A DNA stretch of 61,848 nt, the filler included, from Sphacelaria rigidula (lineage: Eukaryota): NCBI GenBank assembly GCA_964200075.2. It is 9 parts of 9 records of this genome, joined end to end, with 100 filler letters (N's around TTAATTAATTAA, not from the genome) between each part and the next. Parts side by side here need not be neighbours in the genome. Positions count along the whole stretch, not along the records: positions 1 to 6,784 come from CAXNAA020018102.1; positions 6,885 to 13,667 come from CAXNAA020018103.1; positions 13,768 to 20,550 come from CAXNAA020018104.1; 6 more parts are not named here. One strand, given 5' to 3'. The notes under the pieces are model-generated. The model was not told the origin of the DNA. It ran no database searches and saw nothing but the letters and a program-made list of their open reading frames with translations. Of this stretch, positions 1 through 13,894 are shown piece after piece. Every line of letters starts with the position of its first letter. The stretch's first letter is position 1. Position numbers and translations under genes: made by a program.

Positions 1-1096
1 AAAAAAAAAAATGAAGGCCCACTTTTATTTTTACTCAGCATACCTCTGTCGTTCTCCATGCCAAGTTTCAAATCACGATTCTAAAAATTGAGCTGAAAAA
101 TTGAGACAAGGCTCAAGAGCAATGTTCATTTCTCCTCAAAACCCCCCTAAAAACACGAAAAAAGATGAGGAAAAAACGGAAAGAAAAAACGATGAAGCTG
201 TGTTTTTTATTCCATTATGCACTAGTGCTTCTCCATACCAAATTTCATAGCACAACTCTCAAAAACTGAGACGCGATATCCAGATTTAGGTCATCTAGTG
301 CCTCTGTTCGTAATATACTGATTTTAGTATGGAACCTTATGTGCGCCATTTCTCGAGATATATAACGAATTAGGTGAAGGTGAGGGTATCTACCGTCTCC
401 CTGTGCTCCAGGGAAGGTCCACACCAAGAATCGTCATCATCCGCTTGATCGATCGTTCGGGGTTTCATATAGATTTTATTGTGGACGCTATCTTCGCTAG
501 GTGTAGGAAATACTATACATGAGGTTTGGTCGACGAGAAAAAATTGGCCCAGATTTTTGAGCAGATGGGCACCTTCCCCTTGATTATACGATTCATACGA
601 TATGCGGATCACGGCTCAACTCGTGTGTGTCGTTGATATATCGCTTTGAGAGCTTAAATCCGTTTTTGGGCTGGCCCAGCTCGTAGCAGAACTGCGCCCT
701 GTATCGTCTTGCAGCAAGCCGCAGCGCTGCATGTCCAAGTCCAAGGATACTCTTGTGAATTCGGTAGCTCGTCTATCTGGCTGTTTTGCTCGCGCTACAG
801 CTTGTCCCCGAGTCTAGGGCCCACTATTTTTGTATCACTACATTGGTGCTGTGCATATCGCGAGCTGGGCCGGTCAACATTTTTCTTTTTTTTCCTGAAA
901 AGAGATGACGGAATTTGAGACGTCGGGCGCTGAAATTTCGACACGACATTTTTATTGAAACATAGTTCGGGATACGAAGAAAAGAAAAAATATATAGCTC
1001 GGTTCAAAATTTTAGCAAAAAACCAAGAGTTTGTCGGCAGAAGATTTTCGGGCACGGAGCCCCCACTCCCCACCCCCCTTTCGGAGGGCAATTTTT

Positions 1097-2422
1097 CAGG
1101 GCTCTTTACGTTACACGTTATACGTCACATACGTACGTCACAAAAGTATGACGTAACGTAACGTATGTTTTTCGAATACGTCATAAATGTGACGTAACGT
1201 AGCGTACGGGTGAAAAAATGTGACGTGACGTAACGTTCAACTTTTCAATACGTCACAAATGTGACGTGACATGACGTTTTTTTTTATTCGTCTCAGTAAC
1301 GTATTTTGAAACGTTTCCCGTAACGTGTAATGTATTGTATACGTTACACGTCACATTACTATGCGTTTGTGACGTCTGAATGAACGCCAAGACCGTCACA
1401 CGCTCAACTTGTACCACAATTAGGGTGAGATTAGCATATGTGATACTCGCATGATGATCTGATACTAAACATGGGTTCAAGAAGAGTGTGCATACGTCAT
1501 CATAATACGCACACGATGTAAGCGCAAGTTCAGCGCCAAGGCAGCATATGCACCGCCGCACCACACCTAATCGTAGTGTGTATTATTTTGAGTTGCCGTG
1601 CGCCGTTTTACTTATTGGTTTCACTAGTATCAAAATATTATTCGGACTACGAAGTAATCAGAGACCCTGTGCCTTTGAAGAGGTGCGAAGGGTGACACGA
1701 GCTCGTGACCTCGTGGACAAATTCGGTGGCTCCACTGTTGTTCTGGAGTTTTGTCCTTTATTCGTTGATTTTGCTTTGTTTTCTTATGTTGGGGTTGTTT
1801 CGGTTTTCGGTTTTTCTGCCGTCCGTCTCTCTTCTAACGGTTTTGTGTAAGATTTTGTCTCTATTCTTGTCACGTAATGAGTCATGATGTGTTTCTTACA
1901 CCTTCGTGATGTCCGCCCTGCGAACGCGACGGGACTCGTACCGGATCATCAGTTCATGTGTATTTATGTATATAGAAAATAGATTTTCTGCATACACGCC
2001 CGCCTGCTGAGGGAGCAAATAATTATAACAATACAGAATTCTTACAAGTCAACAAAGCGAGCAGAACGCACGTCATGCTCGAACAAGGAAGCCGCCACCG
2101 TGAACCTCCCGTACCAAGTTGCGGTACATGGAACCTTACAACGTCGTACGTAGTGTTCATTTGCCCTCAACACGGTCGAAGTGTAACGTTTCATTTCACA
2201 TTACACGTCACAAACGTAACGTATATCATTCATTACACGCCACAAAAACGCTTCGAAATACGTAACACGTCACACAGGTATAATAACGTAACGTGTAATA
2301 TTTATTGCGACGTGTAACGCTTATTGTGACGTGTAACGTATAAAATACGTTACACGTCATGAACTTAACGTACCCGAACAAAAATGTGACGTCACGTGTA
2401 ACGTGTAACATACAGAGCCCTG
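1097..2422. mobile_element. Non-autonomous hAT-like DNA transposon (1.3 kb)
   Basis: TIRs CAGGGCTCTKTAYGTTACACGTTA at 1097 and (reverse complement) ending at 2422; perfect 8-bp TSD CAATTTTT (1089-1096, 2423-2430); ACGT-rich subterminal repeat arrays at both ends; no transposase ORF. Confidence 0.85.
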
Positions 2423-3955
2423 CAATTTTTCGAAAATTGTCATGATTATTTTGAAGAAATTTGTCAAGAAACACTGACAAAAACCGAAAAGTCTGGTGGG
2501 GGCTTCGCGAGGTTCCTATAATTGCTTCTGCTCTTTGCCCGCTCTACTGTCCCGATGACCTCGGATGCCGGCCATCCACCCATACAAGTATGCACATGAG
2601 CACACAGTAGCGACAGCCTGCAGTAAAAGTAATAACTTATCTCACGCCTCGCCAAACTTGCCCGGCCTGCTAATAGGTACTCGAGGCCCACCACACGGAA
2701 CATGATCCCATAAACGTAATCATGGTGAGAGATGAGCTTGGGGGGGCGGTGTGTCCGCCATCTCATCGGTCTTCATGCCAAGGATATCTGTAGACGTGAG
2801 CTAACCGCACTGCCAACGCCTTGACAGAAACTGGGGGACAGCAGGGTGGGTGTCAAGAAACTCGAATTTTCAATCTTGGGGCGTACGTGTGCGGAAATAT
2901 GTTTTCGACAGACCCTTGAATAAAGTTGTAAATGTCATAACTCCATGAAAATATACGACCGTATCCTCGAACACGAAACTCGGACTTGCGCAAAGAAGAT
3001 CCTGGTGAAATTTCTGCTAAAAACTCGTAAAATTGGGCCGCGGGGGAACTTTTTGTGTGACACCGCTGCACCCCGGTGGTCCAAATGATGCAGGAACCTC
3101 AAATCACAGGTCACCAGTTTGAACTCCACACGGCCATTCAACTGTGAGAAAAGAACGATTACCATCGGGGATTGGATCGAGGAAAAGGGTTGCAGCCCAG
3201 TCCAAGTTGCATACTTGTGCCTGTGCTCGTTATGTGTGACAACCGGCTCGGGGGTCCTCCTCCATGATGGAGCTGCTGACGAGCTTGATGCCATCTCGCA
3301 GCATTCCCAGTGTACTTTTGACTGCGTATCAAAGTTGTCATGCGTATGTCCGCCGCGTTGAAAAAAAACTCCAAACACGTTGTCACACTACGATATGAGA
3401 TATACCCAGTACTAAATGCAGTACGATACGTGATCGCCAATACTGCGCCAATCGAGCAGCAATTGAGACGTATGTTACCAGGTCAGTCCGCAGTTCACCG
3501 CGATATACGTAAATCGGGCTAATTCGTGAAGGTGAAGAAGTTGTGGTGTGCCCACCGGTTCCACGTTATACGGCCGACCCAGCTCGGATACTGTCGAGCT
3601 CGAGATTGCCAACAATAGATGGCTAGTTCGATTGCTTCCTCTCTTGGAATTGCTGTAGGGATGGAGGGCACTAGTTGAACTCTTGCCCCGTCTATCATAC
3701 CGCAGCCCGCGACGCGATGATGTGTTAACGCTCTGACCTCGAAACTGTCCATTTTATTTCAGCCTATTTGTGTGTGCCAATCGCGAACCTCTGTGACGTC
3801 GGCTTTCTTGTACTAGTGCTTCTGCAGTAAGTATAACTGCCCCGTAAAGGATGGGCAATCGCACAAAAATCGTATCAGCGTCATCCTTACTCTACTCCTG
3901 ACTGCATTGTTGTTGCACTCTCTTCTCCGCGACCCAATTCCTCTCCCCGCAACAG

Positions 3956-4237
3956 ATGAAGGCTGAAGCGGCCGCCAAGAAGAAGGCGGAAAAAGATGCA
4001 GCCAAGGCGGCTGCGGCACCTCCCGTCACGGCCGCCTCCTCGGCGCGCTCCAAGGCTAAGGCGGGAGCGGCCGACGAGGAAGAGCTGGATCCTACTCAGT
4101 ACTTCGCCAACCGCTCCAAGACCATCGCGCAGCTGCAGGACGAGGGCAGTAACGCTTATCCTCACAAGTTCCACGTGACCATCAGCATTCCCGACTTCGT
4201 GGCCAAGTACGACGGAATCGAGGTCGGCGAGAAAAAG
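3956..4237 (+). CDS. KARS: Lysyl-tRNA synthetase (class II, cytosolic type), first visible exon: basic N-terminal extension and LDPTQYFANR...YPHKF
   Basis: Pyrimidine tract and cag|ATG acceptor; AAG|gtatga donor; eukaryotic LysRS N-terminal motifs. An upstream exon may be missing. Confidence 0.93.
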
Positions 4238-4612
4238 GTATGAAAAGGGGCGCTGGACGGAAAGGCGGGGCGGTGGCGGCGGGCGGGAGATACAGGGGAC
4301 ATGTATTGTGTGGCTTGTCGATAAGCATTGTAGTAGTTTCAGCCCAGGTGAGGTTTGGAGCGATGTGCAGGGTGGGGTTTCGACCTGCAAGCGTGTCTGG
4401 TCTAACGGCACCCCTGTGCAAGTACATGATCGGTTTTATTTCGCGCATTTTTGTCGATGTTTGAGTACGCACTTCACGGAGTTGCGCAGCAGTCCTGGTG
4501 GTAAATGGCAAGGATCTGCGTTTCTTTCCCCCAGTATAGCCGAGAATACACCGTCTCCTGTATCTGTCAACACACCCTTGCTACACGTTGTTTCTATTTT
4601 ACTCTCCAACAG

Positions 4613-4912
4613 GAGGACGTGGTTTCCGTCGCTGGAAGGATAGTAAACAAGCGCGAGCAGGGCAAACTTCTCTTTTACACCATCAAGGCGGACGGCGCCA
4701 AGGTACAGATCATGAGCTCTCTGGGCGAGCACGCAGACGGAGAGGAGGCGTTTTGGAAGCTGCACGGCTTGTTGAGAAGAGGCGACCTGATCGGGGCGAC
4801 CGGCTTCGCCGGAAAGTCTAAGAAGGGAGAGCTATCCGTCTTCCCTACCTCTATGCAGCTGCTGGCCCCTTGCCTCCACATGCTTCCGCGAATGGGACTG
4901 AAGAACCAGGAG
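4613..4912 (+). CDS. KARS: Lysyl-tRNA synthetase exon, anticodon-binding OB fold
   Basis: VAGRI..KREQGKLLFY...LRRGDLIG..G..GKSKKGELS...LLAPCLHMLP; ag/gt boundaries; 300 nt, phase 0. Confidence 0.95.
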
Positions 4913-5181
4913 GTGCGACGATGAATGTTTGACGTTGTCCACGTGTCGTGCCAGTTGCAAAAGCTATGATGGGATTGTTGCGGGAGGAGGGTAGGGCATG
5001 CCGTTAAAGTAGCACGCGTGTTGCTGTAGAGCACGGTCAACCCAGGCGCTATCATAACTGCAGAGTATCCTATGAGCCATTGCCTCATGGGTGGTTTGGT
5101 ACGGATTTGTCGTTCTCTGGGCTCATATCAGGTTTCTCCCTTTTTTTCCCGTGCACCCCCACACGCCGACGGCGCTGGCAG

Positions 5182-5304
5182 ACGCGTTATCGACAGCGCT
5201 ACCTGGATCTCATAACGAACGAGGAGACGAGAAGGGTATTCCAGGTTCGGTCGAAGATCGTCAACTACATCCGCAACTTTTTGGACGAGCGAGGCTTCCT
5301 CGAG
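5182..5304 (+). CDS. KARS: Lysyl-tRNA synthetase exon
   Basis: [11 protein letters not shown]...[19 protein letters not shown]; ag/gt boundaries; 123 nt. Confidence 0.95.
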
Positions 5305-5736
5305 GTGCGTGCTGACATTTGAAGCATCTCGCGGCAAATCTCTTTTTTCTCCGACGTCATGACATGAGGTGGCGGGTTTTATTACTGTGTCGCTTTCATC
5401 AACGGTCGGTCAAGAGTGAGCGTTGCCTTCGTAGTGTACGTCGCGTTGCTTACTTCTAGAAACAGTGATGCACGGTTCGATGCGTTGCTCTTGGTGGGGT
5501 ATTTTAAACCCATGCTGCTCGTTTGTCTCCTTCAATTGTTTGCTTTAACGCGGTAACCTGCCTCACTCGGCAGGTCTACTGTTTGTGCTACAAGTCACCG
5601 ATATTCTATCCAGTATTCGAGTCTATCATATAAATCCTATCGAATACCACTTTATACGATTATTCTATTCGTACATATATGGAACAAAATCATCTTGAAA
5701 TATATATTGTTGATGCACGAAGACCCCAAAAAGTGA

Positions 5737-6153
<417 letters not shown>

Positions 6154-6472
6154 TAATGCATCGCGTCACCTCGATTCATGTGTCTGAGGTACACGATCGT
6201 GGGTGAAACGCTGTTTTTCGACTGTCTGCAGGTCGTGTGCATCCTCAGGTTCGACTAGATTGTGGAAACAGCATGTAGTTATAATTTCTCGAACACTGAT
6301 GCTTACTTTCTTTCAGCGTCCACGACACCCACAGTGGCAAAAAAAAGGGGAGGAACGCATCCAGCTTGTGTTTTCGTTTTGCTTGCAAATGCAATTAAAC
6401 ACTAACCGGAACAAACACGCCACATTCACACCCGCGCGCATGCGGACACGCACAAACGCACCGCACTTGCAG

Positions 6473-6688
6473 GCATACGCGGATTACGAAGACTTGATGT
6501 CCATGACGGAGCAGATGCTGTCCGGCATGGTGCTCAAGATCTGCGGCTCGTACAAGATTAAGTACCAAAAGAGCGCTGACGAGGAGCCACAAGAAGTGGA
6601 CTTCACCCCGCCCTTCCGGCGCATCAGTATGATAGACGGTTTGGAGGAGGTGCTCAAGATCAAGTTGCCTGCGCTTGACGATCCAGAG
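6473..6688 (+). CDS. KARS: Lysyl-tRNA synthetase exon (gene cut by contig end)
   Basis: [18 protein letters not shown]...[11 protein letters not shown]; ag/gt boundaries; 216 nt. Confidence 0.95.
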
Positions 6689-6784
6689 GTGCGTGGCGCG
6701 CAAGTAGGGATAGATAGCAGAGTGGGGGGAGGGGGTACGTACCCATTTGTTGCTTGCCTTGGTCGTGCGACTATTGTAGACGGG

Positions 6785-6884
6785 NNNNNNNNNNNNNNNN
6801 NNNNNNNNNNNNNNNNNNNNNNNNNNNNTTAATTAATTAANNNNNNNNNNNNNNNNNNNNNNNNNNNNNNNNNNNNNNNNNNNN
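6785..6884. other. Artificial contig linker N44-TTAATTAATTAA-N44; identical copies start at 13668, 20551, 27434, 34317, 41200, 48083 and 54966
   Basis: Eight identical 100-bp spacers exactly 6883 bp apart; TTAATTAATTAA gives stops in all six frames. Confidence 0.98.
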
Positions 6885-6956
6885 ATGTCTGACACACTTA
6901 TGAGCCTCGTTTTTCGTGCAACCAAATACCCCCCCCCCCCTATCGTAGGATGACTC
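6885..6956. mobile_element. Terminus of a Sola-like MITE (cut by contig start)
   Basis: Ends CCCCCCCTATCGTAGGATGACTC; homologous to 42741-43020 and 54720-54887. Confidence 0.65.
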
Positions 6957-9899
6957 ATACGAAGATTTTAGTTCTCCGGGTTTCTCATCCCCAATAAAAG
7001 ATCCATCCCCAATTTGTAAGATCCCGTGTTCTCTGCTGTTCGAAATGAATCCTAACTCCAAACTTGGAATGGTGCAAAAAGTATTCATTTAAAAGAGCAG
7101 AAACTCTACAGATAATCCCATATATAGCAGATGGAATTTGTACACCGGAAGCTGTGTTCGAAATAGTAAATCCCCATCTTGCCCGCCAATACCTGAAGTT
7201 GGGCAAAGAAAGAACTTTTTGCTAGCAGCTTCTGCTGTTCGAGTCCCACATACTGCACGCAAGCTTTAGTTGCAACTGAGGTTATATGAACAGAACTCAA
7301 TATTCTTCGGTTATGAATCCATATACCTGATGAAAAACCCGTAGTGCCGTGTCTACAGTACACGAAAACCGCGAAATATATCATCGCGCGGCTGATACTG
7401 CATACTTTGATGGGGATAAATATATACATATTCACAACAAAAAACTGTACTGGACTGTACAATGCCATGCGGCAAGTGCGCTATACCGTGCTTATACGTG
7501 CGGCGCCATGTACTGCAGATGGCTGGCTATATATACAATGTAGATGCCTGCAGCTTAGTTTGATATATGGGGGTGTTATATACCGTCAGGAACTCCAGCA
7601 CAGTATTACACGCGCGTCCTCACAGCATATGCGCACAGCTGCTGCAGCACAGTACGTAGGGCGTGAAAGGGAAGGGGGAATATACAGTATAGACAGCGCA
7701 GGATAATGTATATATATATATATATATGTGTGTGTTTTTTACCTACAGTGCGACGTGAAAAGGACTTGAATAACGTGCAGCATTGTACGCGGCCTGCACT
7801 ATGTTTTTGCTGTCCATGCCTATGATGAGTGTGTATGCAATAGGCGGCCGGTTGTTCCTCGCACCCTGCACCCCGCGTATATGTCGTCGCCGCGCGATGT
7901 CGCGACCATGAAAGAAGATGCTTAAGTGTCCACCAACAAGAAATACATCATACCCACCCACGGCAGTGTGTATCTACTATACCCCTGTGCCCAACCCGGG
8001 CTCTTTGCTGCAAGGTTGTGGTGGTAGCTGGGAATAATACCGTTGTGGGGTGTGCATATTATGATGTTCGATCTGTGAACAGCCGGTGATATAACTATTA
8101 ATATACAAGATTGCTGGGGTCCCAATAAAGGTGCGATTGACTAAGTGACTTTTTCTAAACATGGTTTGTGTTGATCAACACTGGACCACGGGGTTTTTAT
8201 CAACGATGTGAATTCATATGCGAGGTATACACCATTCAACCAGCATCTTTGTCACGCCTGGTTCGCTTGACGCACGGGCGTGTGGACATACACACAAAAC
8301 CAGCGTGTGGATCTCTATTCAGCGAAAGCTATTAAGAGTTATTCACCCTTTAGCCCATGTATACATGGACTGGGGGGCAAAAGGATGAATCACTTTCAAC
8401 ATTTTTTTCTGCGTGTCAGATCCCATACGCTGGTAACGGTGCAGTATGCGGGATATGCCCAGCTGAAGCTGTTCGCAATAAATCTCTCTTTCCCCAATTT
8501 CCGGATGAATTGGAGGGCAAAGTGAAGATTTATTTTGAGCTTCTCCTGCTGTTCAAATTCCCAATCTGTCAGTGCGCATGGGATTTGTGCAGCAGAAAAA
8601 GCTGTTCGAAATACATCCTTTTTTCGCCCATTTCAAAAATGAGCGAAAGAAATATCTACTTCGAATAGGTTTTTCTGCTTTTCGAAATAAACCCTATTTT
8701 TTGCCCAAATAAATTGAGCGAGAAAACGATCTGTTTTGAATAGCTTGTCCTGCTGTCCGAAATAAATTCCTTTTTGCCCGATACGAATCGGGTAGAGAGA
8801 AATTAACCTCGGACAGCAGGACAAGCTATTTAAAGTATACAAATGTACAGATTTTGTTCCAAAATAATTTGGAATAAAAAAGAAAACATCAGGGTTTTTT
8901 GCCAAAACTCTACCACATGACTGTGCGGGGCTTTGCCGACGTGCCTACATAGCGCTGCAAATTCAACCCTGGGGAAAACCCTATCACAACACTGTGAGAG
9001 GTACATATTTGCATTTTCACTGTCAGGGTTTTTACAAAGACTGCAGAGGAACTTGTACGAACCCTGCACAGTGCGCCCCACAGGGTGCTATCTGTCCACG
9101 GGTGGAAATTATTGCTCAATATTCATTGTAGAAGCACAAAAATACGTCCCAAGGTTAACAACGAATCATAGGTTGTTCGAAGATCGGAGAGTATTCCGCT
9201 CGTCCAGAGAACCAGAAGCTCGATACGCACCCCTGTCATATTTTAACGGTTTTTCTCCGCCAGTATCGTGCCCGCGCTGTAAGGTGGAGCATACTATATG
9301 TGCGTAAAATAGTGTACAGCATTTCCACAGCAATGAACACCAGACAGGGTAACGAAACCCCGTGAAGCGTACTGTGTGGTGCAAAAAAATAACCTACAAC
9401 CAAATTCCCGCGAGAAACACTGCAGAGTTTCGCTGAAACCCTATGAAGTGTCCTGTGTGGCGCAAAAAACACCCTGCAGCCAAATTCCCGCGAGAGACAC
9501 TGCACAGTTTCCCTGAACTCTGCAGACATGCTCACAGGGTGCTATCTGTACACGTGTGGTTTTCAAAAGCTTCGTATCATCGAATTGTCTTTTTGTTTGC
9601 TGAACGTATTTTCAACACTAGAGATTCTTCAAGGCACCCTCCGCGAAAGAGTCTCATACAGCCACCTACTGCATTGTACGACCTCCCTGTTCTCTGTTTT
9701 AGTCTATACCTAAAGGCTCCAGCGCTCGCCACCGTCCTCTCCATCCCCGGACTAGTCCCGTTTCAAACCCTAGTTACGATGGCTGTGATCGTTCATCCTT
9801 TCTTGTGAAACATAACTTGAGAATGGGCCTCACGAGTGACTGGAGTCTGAGAATTAGGAGGGCAAGAAACATGTTTGCACATCCCAGATATATAATATT

Positions 9900-10241
9900 A
9901 ACTCAAGTTCCCGTCAAATTGGATGAGAATTTCCGTTTTGTTCACGGGAAGCCTCGTCCGATCTGACGGAAATTCTGGTTGAAAATATCGGGAATGTCCC
10001 GTGGGTAAGGATCCTGACGGGAACGGTTTGTGGTTTGACCCAGACCGGACGGGAAGGTGTTCCCATAGTAAAATCAACAACGGGACCGGACGGACCATTT
10101 TTCTCGTCGCTGAAATAGTACGTGACGGGACGGGAAGGGGATGCGTTTCCGTCAGCCAAAACACCGAGAGACGGGACGGGAGTTCTCGTCCCGTCCCGTC
10201 GCATGGGATTTCGCGTGAGATTTTGTCCGTCACAGGCCCTG
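9900..10241. mobile_element. One end of a hAT-like element with GGGAC/CCCGT subterminal repeats
   Basis: Dense ACGGG/CCCGT motifs ending in ...CACAGGCCCTG (reverse complement CAGGG terminus); partner TIR not found. Confidence 0.5.
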
Positions 10242-10708
10242 GTGTACACTTCTGCAAACTAAAAGATAACTGAGGCTGTGTTGCTGTGTTCATACTGCTT
10301 TTGTAATGTCTTACGCGTCGAGTTCTGCATGTATGTGTGCATGACTATGAACGCACGCCATTTTGACGGTAAAAATAGCGAGTATCGGAAGCCGCCGCAT
10401 ACTGTGTAAATACAACGTTCGGTTTGAGAGGAGCGCCAAGAGTAGTCCAGCGTGGAAACAGAAACAATTGTTCCCCGCCCCGCGAAAATATCTACAGAAA
10501 ATAATGAAGAAAAAAGAAGATACACCACACACACACAGGGACAAGGACACGGTGCTAGAAACGACGTTAACAGATGAAACACACGGCACACCTTTTGAAT
10601 GAACGGCAAACATAGGAGCGCAATACTACACTGCATAAAATACAGATATACCACAAAGTGGAGCAAAGAAACATGCATATACCAAATATCATCCCCAACA
10701 TATTTCAA

Positions 10709-10889
10709 CTACATCACCTCGTTCGCAACCGCAGCATTACTATCGTCCTCCGGAGGAGAGACGAACCCGTCGACGCTGATGATGGCTCCTTGTGTTAAAC
10801 TCGCACACGAATAGTCCCCGTAGTCACAGCCGTAGCTTATTCCGCCTGCCGGCCCATACATGCACGCTGTCACCGTAGGGTACGAGTAC
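10709..10889 (-). CDS. Candidate terminal exon of an unknown gene (YSYPTVTACMYGPAGGISYGCDYGDYSC...EVM*)
   Basis: tag acceptor, GC3-rich codons, stop followed by T-rich UTR-like sequence; no family recognised. Confidence 0.35.
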
Positions 10890-11734
10890 CTATCGTCCTG
10901 TTTCAAATCGCCACCGCCACCAAAGAAAACACGAGTCGCATTCAAGGGACCGATCTCGTGAGGCGGGGTGATGAAATAGAAACTTCGTGTAGGCAAATCG
11001 TCAAACCGTTCGAGAGTGGCCTAACCTTTCCGAACCCACCTTTCTCACAAACTCAAGACAGCTTGCGATCAATCTCAAAGACGATCTTGTACCAGCTTCA
11101 ACAACTCTATGCCAGTTTTCGGCAGGTGGGGGAGGTGGTATTGAATGGATGCGCGCGATTTGCCGCATGTTAACTCCAACGACATGGCTCCTCATCAATC
11201 ATATTCGCTGAAAATCCTGTAGCCATGCGGGCGCATCCCGTTAATATGCACAGCTTATCGATCAACACATATTGGGAATTAGACTTCGTATCAAGGATAC
11301 CAACATTTGTATGGCGTTTCTATGGGAATGAAAGAGGAAGGTTTTTCCTTTTCTGAAACCAAGACAAACGACGCACAAAATCGAAATTCGTTCAAATTGT
11401 CTACTTGAAGGTCCCTCGTTCTTCATGCATGCTGATCCGTAAACTGATCGACCCAAAGTGGCGTGTCCGCATGGTCACAGGCTTTGCAGCGAATACAAAT
11501 GGTCAGGGACCCTGACGTTGGAGTTTGAAGCGGGACAAATGGTGTACGTTCATCGTTGGTTGCATGTGAAAGAGTGGATCTGCCCTTTTGCTGGTCTTTA
11601 CAAAGTTGTATTTATTGACGGCATGTGCATATGGTGGTCATTTGATGGGTGGAACACGCATACATCATTTTGCAAAGAGGATACAAGCCTTCAAAGGCGT
11701 CAGTATCGATGAGAATAGCACCCACAAGGCATCC

Positions 11735-13431
11735 CCAAACAGCAGAAACCTTTTTCAAAGAAGGAGACAAGGCTGACTCAGGGAACTACAGAGGGATAAC
11801 GCTACTGAGCACGGCAGAGAAGACGTTCTATAAGAATCTGAATGATGAAATAGGAACGATGCTAGAAAAGCACAAACAAAATCAGCGAGGGACAAGCAGG
11901 TTTTAGGCCAAACGGTAGTTGCGTAGACCATGTGTACACACTAGGTAAGATTGTTCAAGGTAGGAAAGACGCCGGGCTGACAACGTACTGTTTCTTTTTG
12001 GACGTGCAAAAGGCTTATGACATAGTATGGGTTGTGGAAAACGTTGTGGGAAATTGGGATTATAGGAAATATGTGGAGGATGGTAAAATAGATGACAGAA
12101 TGTGCCAAAAGTGCCATGATTCTAGACGGGGGAGTATCGAAATATTTTGGTATCTCACAAGGAGTTGCACAAGGATGTATGTCACCCACTTTGTTCAAGG
12201 TATTCATGAATGACCTGATAATCACGAAAGAAGCAGCAAATCAAGGAGTCAAGGTGGGTGAAGATGTGATATTAGGTTTGTTGTTCGCAGATGAGTTTGT
12301 GGGGATTTCAGGAAAAGCAGGAAGCTTTCAAAAACAAATGGAAAAGAAAAGAAAAGGCTCTAGAATATGCTAGGAAATGGAGTGCGACAGCGAACGTTAA
12401 CAAATGCGCGGTACTCGTATGTCAAGAGATATCAGAATCCGGGGGAGTTCAAATGGAAGTGGGGGAAAGAGGAACTGTCGATCGTAGATCAGTATACGCA
12501 CCTTGGCGTACAGGTCTCAAGAAACTGTTCTTGGGATGCACACATAATAAACAGTGATAGGAAGGTTAAGGGACAGATAGAAAGGACGGAGGTGGTCCTC
12601 AGAGACTCGTATCTAGACACCAGGATTAGGGTATGTATACTGACGACTGTGATCGTACCAAAGCTGGAATATGCAGAAGTGTTGGAGGGGAACGTGAAGT
12701 TGGCGAGGAAGTTGGAAACAGTACAGATGGCAGCAGCTGAGAGAATACTTGGATGCTCGAAGGCGACGAGTAATACAGCATTGAGAGCAGGGTTAAGAAT
12801 GTACGCACTTTAAACAAATAGACATGAGGAAGTTGAGGTGGCAAAATAGCGTAAAGAACATACAGAGAAAGAGATTGCTAGCTATAGTTGATAGGGTTGT
12901 ATGGAAGGAAATTACAGAAGGACATGCTGGAATAAGGTGGGATAAAGAAGCCGAGAAAATATGGAAAGAGATAGGAGGAAACTAAGACGAAATACTGTCT
13001 ATAGGTGAAGGCGCGGGGTACAAGACAACAAGCAGTAAGAGAGGGCGATAGAAATAGGGGGGAAATGAGCGCTCAGACGCAAAGTAGACGAGGAAGAACA
13101 CCTGAAGATATGCGGGGGGTTGAGAGAGGGGATAGGGATAAAAAAATATCTGCATGGGCCAATGGACGCGTCGAAAAAAGTGAAACTGCGATTTCGGGTG
13201 GGGGACCTGAACCTGACAGATAGAAGAAAGAGATATACCAGTAGTCGCGTGAAGGAGGAAGCAGATGCACAGAACTGCCTCTGTGGCAAAGCAGTAGAGA
13301 GCAGGAGTCATATAGTGGCAGAATGTTAACTATACAAGGAGGAACGGGACGTGCTAGAGGAGGAAATGCGGGACGCGAATGAAGGTGGCATGAAATCGTT
13401 CGGTGCATTGGACAGTAGCGAGAAAACGATG
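11735..13431 (+). mobile_element. Decayed LINE (non-LTR retrotransposon): RT plus C-terminal CCHC, RTEX/L1-like
   Basis: FKEGD...NYRGITLLS, QAGFR, FLDVQKAYD, GVAQG..SPTLF, LLFAD, YTHLGV, CLCGKAVESRSHIVAEC; many frameshifts and stops. Confidence 0.92.
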
Positions 13432-13667
13432 GCTTCCACGAATTTCTCCTCAAAATTGTCGTTAATAGTAACACCAGGTGTTCAGATGCGCTTGCTTGCG
13501 ATAAATAACGCTCATTAATACTGCTTGGCACCGCTTTTACCCAAATACAAGCGCACCGCGAGTGTGCTGGGTGGTCTGAAGCATTTATACGGACCCATTT
13601 TTTCGTGGAATCACTCCCCCCCCCCCCCCCCCCCCCCCCCCCCACCCCCCCCCCCCCCCCCCCGCCC
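13432..13667. mobile_element. Sola-like MITE fragment replacing the LINE 3' end
   Basis: Reverse-complement homology to 42741-43020; LINE homology to the contig-6 copy stops abruptly at 13431. Confidence 0.6.
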
Positions 13668-13835
13668 NNNNNNNNNNNNNNNNNNNNNNNNNNNNNNNNN
13701 NNNNNNNNNNNTTAATTAATTAANNNNNNNNNNNNNNNNNNNNNNNNNNNNNNNNNNNNNNNNNNNNAAGGCGTCCGCATCACATGCCAAGTACGATTGT
13801 ACCACGCAGATATCGGAACGGTTTTGAATATAAAG

Positions 13836-13846
13836 ACAACAACAAT

Positions 13847-13892
<46 letters not shown>
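13836..13892 (+). repeat. (CAA)n microsatellite
   Basis: Seen directly; a similar tract lies at 36633-36680. Confidence 0.95.

Positions 13893-13894
<2 letters not shown>

Noticed and set aside
3887-4411. Long antisense ORFs over LysRS exons (and similarly over the LINE and gag-like ORF)
   Set aside because: Shadow ORFs caused by GC-rich codon usage on the coding strand
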